Positions 26,542 to 64,000 of a DNA stretch of 64,000 nucleotides are shown here, in pieces. Numbering within the stretch: the first letter of the stretch is position 1; each line of letters begins with the position of its first letter. The stretch is from Nymphaea colorata (taxonomy: Eukaryota): NCBI RefSeq assembly GCF_008831285.2, contig NC_045138.2, positions 36,766,001 to 36,830,000 of the forward strand, written 5' to 3'. The translations under genes were made by a program, and so were the position numbers. The notes beneath the pieces are model-generated. The model searched no databases and was not told the origin of the DNA. It saw only the letters and a program-made list of their open reading frames with translations.

Positions 26542-26942
26542 TTCATGTAATTTAAGATTTAAATGCCCATTGGATGATTCATCATCAGGTCTTACTGCTG
26601 CTCATAACACGGCCTGTGTCAGGAATTCCATTTAAACTAGAGTTCCGCTATTTCAGAAGATGTGTTCAACACAGTTAAAAGTGGCAACAAGCACGGAACC
26701 AGAATGCCATCTTCATTCATGTCAAAGACAATCTTTCTATACTTTGAGCTCAACAAGTATACCCACAAAAAATAAAGAGATCATCGAGTACAGTAGTGAC
26801 GTAGAACTTTTTTTTTTAAGAAAAAGGGACCTAGCCTGGCCAATTGTCCGGTCAATCTTCCGGATGGAGGGAGGATTCTTTTCCCGACCATCTGAACTCA
26901 TTTCTTCATACATCTGAAGAAAAGGCGGCTAGTACGAGTTCG

Positions 26943-28452
26943 TTAGGAACCTTGTAACGCGCCTTGCAATGCCTCTTGACCTTCCCCGCTCTCATCTGCA
27001 ATAGAAAGTCCAAAATTACAGCTTGACAACCACAACAGCAGCAGGGAATGAAAACGCTTATTGCAATCATTGAGAACGTTTACAGCATAAGGAAGGACAA
27101 CAACAATGTCATTTTGGCCACTACGACGAGGAGAAAGAGTGTGGAAAGCAATCAATGCATTGCACGTTTTACAGGAGAAATTCCAACAAACATCATATAC
27201 TTTTGACAAAAACCGGTCGAGCACACTAGTATGTCAAACTACTTTAAAGGCCAGCTCTCTTCATTGATTTGAACTAGCAAAAATTAATTATTTTTGTATT
27301 TACAGCAAGGAATATAAAGCTAAAATGACAATTCGTTGATGTTGGTCGCAGTGGAAAACTGATTATTTTGAATTCCAAGCAAGATCATGGTACCCAACCA
27401 GAATTCGGACATACGCGTCTTATTCTTGAGAATCTCCTAAACCGCCATAAACCTTCCATGTGCAAGTATGGCTTGATAACACCTAAAAATGTGAAAAAGA
27501 AAGGTCATCGTATATATTGAACTCAACATAACAAGAAATAGTTGCTCAGCGGTGGTAGGACGTGAAACGAGGATGGAGATCTGCTAGGCTACGAGCCTGG
27601 CCAGTTTTGGGCTGTTAACACTTGACCTGTATCAGGCTATACCAACCTGGACGTGAACAGAAAGTTCGAAATCCTACGGCAAATTGTTTAGGAATTTTTT
27701 CAGTCATATCAATTATCAACGCCTCCAATCCAATCCATCCAACAAAGAGAGCTACAATTAAGAAACCAAGGGGAACCCCACAGGGCACAACCCGCATCAC
27801 TCTCGCAACTTTTTTTTTTTATCAAAGGAGCAATTTATGAATTGTAATAACTAGGAAAGGTACCGTGGGCGTCGACATCTCCACCTTCTTGCTTGTCCGG
27901 CTTTGCATCTTGTCCTTGAGTTGGCTGAAAAAACACGCGGATGAATGAGAACATAAGAAGCTTATCGGGAAACAAATCAAACATATACAAAATCACATTC
28001 CCAGTTTCTTTTACCTCATTGTCTTGCATTATTGAAGCGATCAACCTCGATGCCTCATCGTCCGCCTGAAACCCAAACATGCATTATTCAAGTCAATGGC
28101 AGAAATTTCAAAACCGCTTGCACGAATGCAGATCGAGCTATCGAATTCATTTTCCCGACAGATAAACAACAGAAAGGAAACCACCAATCTGAAACTTTGA
28201 AATAATGCGTAAGAATGCTTGTGACAACCCCACAATCATTGAACGACCGCCAATCATCGGAAAGGAAGAGTCTCGACTCCCAACATGACCAAGAACCCAG
28301 AACTCTGATATTTTGTTTCGTTGCACCAACAAGAAAAGAAATGATACCAAATTATAGGAATGGAGACAAAGCGGTTCGGTAATTACGCAGAAAGAACGCG
28401 AGCGCACGACGGGGAAAAGACAGAGAAGACGTCGGAACTCGGCCTCATCCAT
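26943..28452 (-). CDS. Small uncharacterised plant protein (N-terminus MDEAEFRRLLCLFPVVRSR); 3' exons uncertain
   Basis: GT-AG exons 28452-28387 (MDEAEFRRLLCLFPVVRSRSFC), 28065-28015 (ADDEASRLIASIMQDNE), 27924-27864 (PTQGQDAKPDKQEGGDVDAH) and a probable terminal exon 26995-26943 (DESGEGQEALQGALQGS*). The N-terminal motif resembles a conserved plant family of unknown function (from memory). Confidence 0.65.
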
Positions 28453-29645
28453 TGCTTGCACGAATAGGAAGTTCTTGAAGCGTTGGCATTTTACCACCTC
28501 TGCTGCTCGGGATCAAAGAGGGTTCGGTTCAGTGCAATAGATCGATCCGACAGTATTTGCCATTACGGGTCCACGGTATGGGTTTTGACATATTTGCTTT
28601 TGTTGAACTGTTCTTTTGTTCGAGATGTCCGACGACGACGATTTCAGGGGTAAATGGATGTAGGCATTAAACATTAAAAATTGGATTCTTTCCTTCGCAT
28701 GTTTTTACATGTTACACATTTTCTTTCCTCTTTTTGATCGTTCACCGCAACGACGTGTTGGCTACACCGTATTTTGCTCCTGGTCTACACAGGGCCTGTT
28801 CGTTCTTGCTGGACGATTTGCATTAGAGTAGAGATCTGGAATTGTTCGAACCGTATCTATATTATCTTTGGAAGAGCCTTGTCTTCCAATTCTGAGGATT
28901 GCCATCAAGTAATCGTTCATAATGGTCGGATCCCAAACTTGTTCACTGTTGGGGACCGAAGACATTGAGGTTCCGGATCCGTGTGTAGGTCCCATTCTGG
29001 CCCACTCGGGTCCTGATACAGAAAATGTCCTAGCGAATGAAACTCCGGTCCTAAACTTGCGTCCGTAAATCAGAAAATTCACATGACAGCCACTTGCCCA
29101 AACCCCAATAAGAAAACCCAGAACCTTTCCAAGCACTCGGATCAGACGCCCATAGAGGATTACTACATGGATCAGATCACCTTAAACCATAAAAATTTTA
29201 TTAAACCAATAACTTATCATCCAACATGCACCTCTGACATAATTTGGTAGAACTGCCCATGGGCATCCATCAACATCCAAGATGCGTCACATTGAATAGT
29301 CCGATAGAACAGTTTCGGGGAGACGCCAAGCTTAGCCGATTGAGGTGGTTTTGACAATTGAACGAGCTCCAGATGCAGGATCGTGTAGAAACTGATTGAA
29401 TTCGGTTTGGCAATCGAATGGGCTCCAGATGCAGCATCAAGTTCAAAACATGGAGAAACTAGTTGGCTGGATGGATTACTAAGAGTATAGTGCTCGTCAC
29501 TTGAGTGCCAATAAAGATATGATTCGACTGGGTGCGGAAAACATTTGCCCATGGGTGGCTTGGTGGATCAAGCCGAATGCAAATGCTTCTGCTAGAGAAG
29601 GTGCTCTCCACATTTTTCTGGACAAAGTCAAGCGGAGCATGGTTT

Positions 29646-58868
<29,223 letters not shown>

Positions 58869-59653
58869 GCTTTCTGGTCCGACCCCGTCCGAATTCCGGC
58901 GTAGTCGGAGTTGAGTCTTGAGTTCCTGCGTCGTCGGGGCACCGGTTTGAAGAACCAAGAATTGATATATAATTCGATCGAAAGGCAAACCGCGTCCCCG
59001 TGTCGCTTGCCGTGTTTGTTAGGCAGGGATCTTGGATCCGAGGACATCCGCTCCACGGGTCTGAGGTCCGACGTTATGGATTTCGTCCACCATGGATTTT
59101 ATTTATCCCTTCCGATATCCACGTCGGACCTGAACCCCCACGATGCATTTAGATTTTAAGGAACCAAGATTTATCCGTAATTCGAGTTAGAGGCTTTCCT
59201 TTCCCACTATTTTCAAGACACGCAGCGTTTACGAGGGCGTGAAAGCGCCGCGCCCTTTGGATCTTTACGCCCCCCTTGAGCTTCTATACAAAACAGCCCA
59301 GTTTTATTGTCACGTCGTATCGAGCGGAGGTGAAACACTTAACAAATAACTTCTTATGGGAAATTTGAGTGCAAAAGAATTAGCAGAAATTGAAGGTCAA
59401 TTCATTAGCATGTAAAAATTGAGAAAATTTTGGGGGCAGTATTCACATTTTTTCATATCGAAGGGGCAGTCACGTACATTAGATAACAATTATTTAAAAG
59501 CATTAATTTGAAAATAAAGCAACCTTGAGGGATCAGCCCTTATCTAGTTCCGCTTCTGTCTTAACACATTAATTTTAGTTGTGGCCATGCGAGGCCTGGG
59601 AGCGAAAGCCCTCCCTCCACCTCTCCTAACACGCGGACGGGCACCTGCATCTG

Positions 59654-61740
59654 CTAAAGATTAAGGTCACAAGAGGTCCAGAACACCAGTCTGCACTCGC
59701 AGCCAAATAAAGTGGATAAATAAGCTAAGGATCCCAGTTTAAAGCCTCTATCACACTAAGAATTCCCAACTGCTCAATGCAAAAAAGTTCATAAAAATAA
59801 CGTATCAGCTTAGTCTCAAATCTAGATTGTAAAGTGAATAGGGCAAGAAAAAATTTCTCCACATATTCTCAATGTTGAAAATAATTACTTATTATCACAT
59901 TTCTTGATAAAAGTTTATCTCCTTTAAGTGGAAGTTTGCCAGTAACTTGATTGGTTTGAGCAACTGAAAGACCAGGGGAGGTCCCCTCTCTGCAGTCTGC
60001 AGAATAAGTGAATGCAGCCATTCATTAATACCACCAAAGTATCCATGAAGTAGCTCTATAAAATGATAAGCACAACACAGACCCCCTATAGCTTTGTGAT
60101 GCAGGCTGGTTGATACAAAACTCAATAAGCAGAACTCAAAAAACAACCCTCTGTCATCATCACTCCCTAGTTTGTACTTCAAAGCAATGCTTTCATCAAT
60201 TTGACATTTATGGCAATCACCAATAACCTGGTATCAAGAGAACATTACTTGCAGCAAACAGCTAAAAGGAAGGAGAAAAGATGAGAAAGATGTTTAAGTG
60301 ACATGGGAGACAAAAATTACTGCTTTTAGCTGAAATTAGTGCACCCCAGCATTATACAGTGGAACATTAGCCAAAGTTAAGTCATGACTAGAAAATACAT
60401 TAAATAGCAGTTACTCAGCTCAACAATTGACTTAAGCTAGATTCTGTAGGTCCAGAGTCACTTGAAAATCAATGAATGGAAGATAGGTAGTTGGTCTATT
60501 ACTCCAAGACATATAAGAAGGTGATGAATTCAGTCATGCAAAGCTACAGCTTCATGCATGCTGACTGACAGTCCAATACCACATTGAGTAGAAGCGCCAA
60601 CTAATAAGAAATTAACAATGTTTTGCTTTCTAATTTCAGATGTCACTCAAGCAGATCATTCTTATTAAATACAAGCAAAATATCTTCTCTTTGCTCAATA
60701 ATAGTGGCAATACACAAACAGCACTTCACTATTACAGTGCGTCATAAAGTTCCAACTAATGACTATTTTGTTATCTAGAACCTAGTCCTTTTTCTTCCTC
60801 GATATAATATCATAGTCAATACATAACCCTTGCACATTGTCCAGCATAAATGATTTCCACTAGAAACAAAGTCAGCACAATGACATGAAATAGATAGCAC
60901 ATTTTTCAAGCCCCTTAAACATCATTCGATATTTCAATCTATTTGTGTATCTCCTTCACAACTATTCTTAGTAACATATCTTGATGTTGAGAAGGAAACT
61001 TAGAAATATTAGCAATCAATGTTGGAGCCATATCTGCTTTCTCCTCCACATGAACATTGCCTAAAGTGAGCAAAGACAAATGATGATAGTCTGAATCCAC
61101 GAGACAAAACTGTAATAAGACTAAAGTAAAATCATGAGAGGGTGGATATCTTGTGTTGGACATACCAAGCGATCAAAGGCCATTTCAATATATATCATAC
61201 AGAAGTTCCTAGCTATAAGAGCAGCGCCAACTTCCACGTATTCCTTCCACAGCTCCAACACTGGTAATCTAAATGACTTTTGATGTTCCACTCGCTTGTT
61301 TAAACGAGTCAAAATCTCCATGACCTAGTTTTATGATCCCAAGACAATTAACTGTAATAAAATAATACTCCATGCAAATTTTTTGGGAGCTGCATTTTTC
61401 AGCTTTGTGGCTTGTTTTGGCTCGTGACACAGGCTCAACAAACGAAGTATGAGACAGCAGATTTACATTAAAGAGCTAACCATGAGGAAACAATCGCTGG
61501 TGGTTACTTCTTATACAAGGTCATTTATGTAAGTCGATTACTTTATGCAAACTTCTACATCGTAAAACAATTTGTTGAACTTGCTTGGTAAATCAGAAGT
61601 TAAGAATTCAATCCTTTTAGTTAGAAAAACTAAGGTAGCTAAATTTCATATCACCTTATGGGAACAGAGCTTCTAGCCAACGTCATAACACCTTTACCGC
61701 GACGCGGGGTGCCCTAATTAATCCATGCTTCTAGCAATGG
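59654..61740 (-). pseudogene. Partial genomic duplicate of ECM29 (part of intron 1 through exon 6), disabled
   Basis: Colinear with about 56214-58331, including introns. Exon 1 is absent. The exon-2 copy (61324-61166) has a 9-nt deletion. The exon-3 acceptor changed CAG>GAG and its donor GT>GA. The exon-4 copy has -2/+4 indels (frameshift). Confidence 0.92.
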
Positions 61741-62392
61741 ACAGCAAGTCGAAGTCTATGTTGTACAATCCACTTTTTTTAGCTTACAAGGAATTCAGCA
61801 CTTGTCACCCTTACAGCTATTGACAGTCGTTTGCTAGGATGTTCTCCTATATGGCTGATCTCATAAAGTGAGGATGTTCATTTAATCAGAAAGAAGTGAA
61901 TTCAATTAGTGAACGAATCGAAAAACCCAGGGACATATACTCGTCGTTATGAATTCAACCTCTACTTGGAAGAAAGTGATAGTCATCCTCGCGTGATTGC
62001 ATTATTTAGCCAATAGATGAGTTTATGCAACTTTGAAAAAAAAAAAGTGTATTCTGTCAAGCCATTCATGCCTGATCTACTATGTTGCTTAATTAAAAGG
62101 TTTTCATTGACAAATTTAATTCATCTGTAACAGTAAGGTCACTAAAGATATAAATGTTCATGTTCTATAAAGTGGAATGAATATAAAAGAAATAAATTCT
62201 CAAAACGATGTCCGCCAGTTTCCCAGCATAACATTATTTCCTCCTAGAAAAAGTACATAACTCTGCACTATCAATCCTGAACATACATATTCACAAGTAC
62301 ACATACATAAGAATAAGATAATGTAGTATATATAATCACAGAAAATAAACCAATAAATATAATAGAAAAAACAAACAAAATAAGCACCAAAT

Positions 62393-62883
62393 TCAGCAAA
62401 CCCAAATCCCAAAAATGCCTAACAGAAGAACCCCCAACCCGGTCGATTTAATGGAGCTGGCACTCGCCCCTGATGTCTGCTTCACATTCTCGGAGGAAGA
62501 AGGGACCGGTTTGTTGAAATTTCCAGGGATATTGGCGGTGTCAGGAGTGGAGGTATCATCATCTTGCTGGGGTTGGGGCGATGGGGAAGATGCATCGACG
62601 GGGTTCTTGAGGCTGTCAGGCAGGCCCTGGCCATGGATGACGTTGATCCTGAACCTCTGCCCGCTCTTGCACTGGTCTCCATCGTAGAAGCTGGAGAAGA
62701 AGTAGTTCATGCCCTCTTTCTTGAGGGGGATTGCGATGCTCCATGGCCCTGCTGCTTGGTTATAGTCTCCTTGGGATGAATATTCTGTGGTGTCTCTCGA
62801 GTCTGCATCATTGAAGTCGCACTTCTTGTATATTGTGAAGTTGTAGGTCTGAACTACGGAGTGGTTGGTATTTGTGTTGAAAA
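62393..62883 (-). CDS. ENODL18: Early nodulin-like phytocyanin (cupredoxin superfamily), last exon; exon 1 not found in the window
   Basis: After the acceptor ctgcag the exon reads FNTNTNHSVVQTYNFTIYKKCD...DTTEYS...IAIPLKKEGMNYFFSSFYDGDQCKSGQRFRINVIHGQGLP, then a Pro/Ser/Asp-rich linker and a hydrophobic GPI-signal-like tail (LGVLLLGIFGIWVC*). It closely resembles Arabidopsis ENODL18 as recalled. Confidence 0.88.
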
Positions 62884-64000
62884 CTGCAGGAGAGAGAGAG
62901 AGGGATGGTTTAGATAGAATCATGTCGAAAACTCCAAAAGATCTCATCATACTATAAAACCTTTGGCTTTTTTCATTTAAATATCATAAATATGTGTCAT
63001 CAATCCACTCCAACATGGATATATGATACAAAAACAACGGCTGATTTCTCTACTCGGTTAATAATTAAACTCAAGATTTCAAGGTGGTGGACATTGAGAA
63101 TTTGATGTGCAGAGTGCATCTACGATTCTATCTCTTGGCGGACTCTACTAGAATTCTAGCAAAACCTACTTGCTGTTTCAGAAATAAACGTCTGTAACAT
63201 GCTACAGAAAAATCAAAATACATATACTAAGACAGGAATCTTCTTGTATTTGTCATCATTCACTTGCCCGTCCAAATTCTGTAATGTCGAAATTAAAAGT
63301 TCAAAAAAGAATGCGCTCAATGTCGGTGACTCTGGCCTATTGCCTATTGGCAGGTGAAAGTGGATAGGAACACCACCAGAGCCAACATACACTTCTTAGC
63401 TTTTTTATTCTGTATCAATGCCATCAGGTTGTCCGTTCCTTTCTGGACAATGGCGAACACATGAATTGAAGTACACCCCCAAGAAATCGATGACAAAAGC
63501 TTCACGTCGAAGAAGAATGATTCCTTGCTTGTGGTTTCTGTCAGGTTGGTGCTGTCCGTCGATTACTATGCACGCCCTTGCTCACTTAGGCAGAAGGGGT
63601 CAGAGGCAATTATCTGCAGCTTGCCAGCTTCCCACACATTTCATGTTAAAGCACCAGGACTTGGAAATTTTTTAGAAAAGAAAATGTTTCAAGTTATTAT
63701 TCACAATCTAGATAATCAATGCCAGCAATGGCTCCGTTTATTCCACCGCAGCAAGGGTGAGGCCAAGGACCTTCAATTTGGAAGATATCGAAGCCATGAC
63801 ACCCGAGTTCATCCCGTTGCATAACCTGATTACTATCTGCCCAGACCGAGACCACCAGGGCAAACATTCACAGAACTGGATGACTGCAGTTCCGAGCACA
63901 CCAAGGTCATTGGTTATTGAGATTCTTACGCGGAAATGGTTGGACAACATGTGAACATCCGTAGAAAATTATTCAAGTGTCTGGCTCTGCCTTGGAGCCG

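Noticed and set aside
28762..29136. 124-aa minus-strand ORF between ECM29 and the small gene
   Set aside because: Non-ATG start, no recognisable motif, and it lies in a promoter/intergenic region.
63418..63954. Cluster of short ORFs at the right edge
   Set aside because: No recognisable domain and not phytocyanin exon 1; probably intronic.

Overview
Angiosperm nuclear DNA with intron-rich genes, microsatellites and transposon fossils. Left to right: (1) a minus-strand RNA polymerase III subunit RPC4 gene whose last exon lies beyond the left edge; (2) a decayed PIF/Harbinger element with a Myb/SANT pseudo-ORF just upstream of RPC4; (3) a gene-poor region containing a single-exon CLE peptide gene (RRTPTGSNPLHN) and a tRNA-Glu(TTC) gene; (4) a 3-exon mitochondrial-type CPN10 gene; (5) a small uncharacterised plant gene with an odd 3' end; (6) a complete 35-exon ECM29 proteasome-adaptor gene (29646-58868, about 1815 aa, splice phases consistent by manual count); (7) a disabled partial duplicate of ECM29 exons 2-6 directly upstream of the intact gene; (8) the last exon of an ENODL18-like phytocyanin. 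I found no convincing new multi-gene system. The best leads are the ECM29 partial duplicate, the atypical CLE peptide, the Harbinger insertion next to RPC4, the eroded 3' end of the small gene and a duplicated hAT transposase fossil. Family assignments come from motif recognition and recalled sequences, not database searches.
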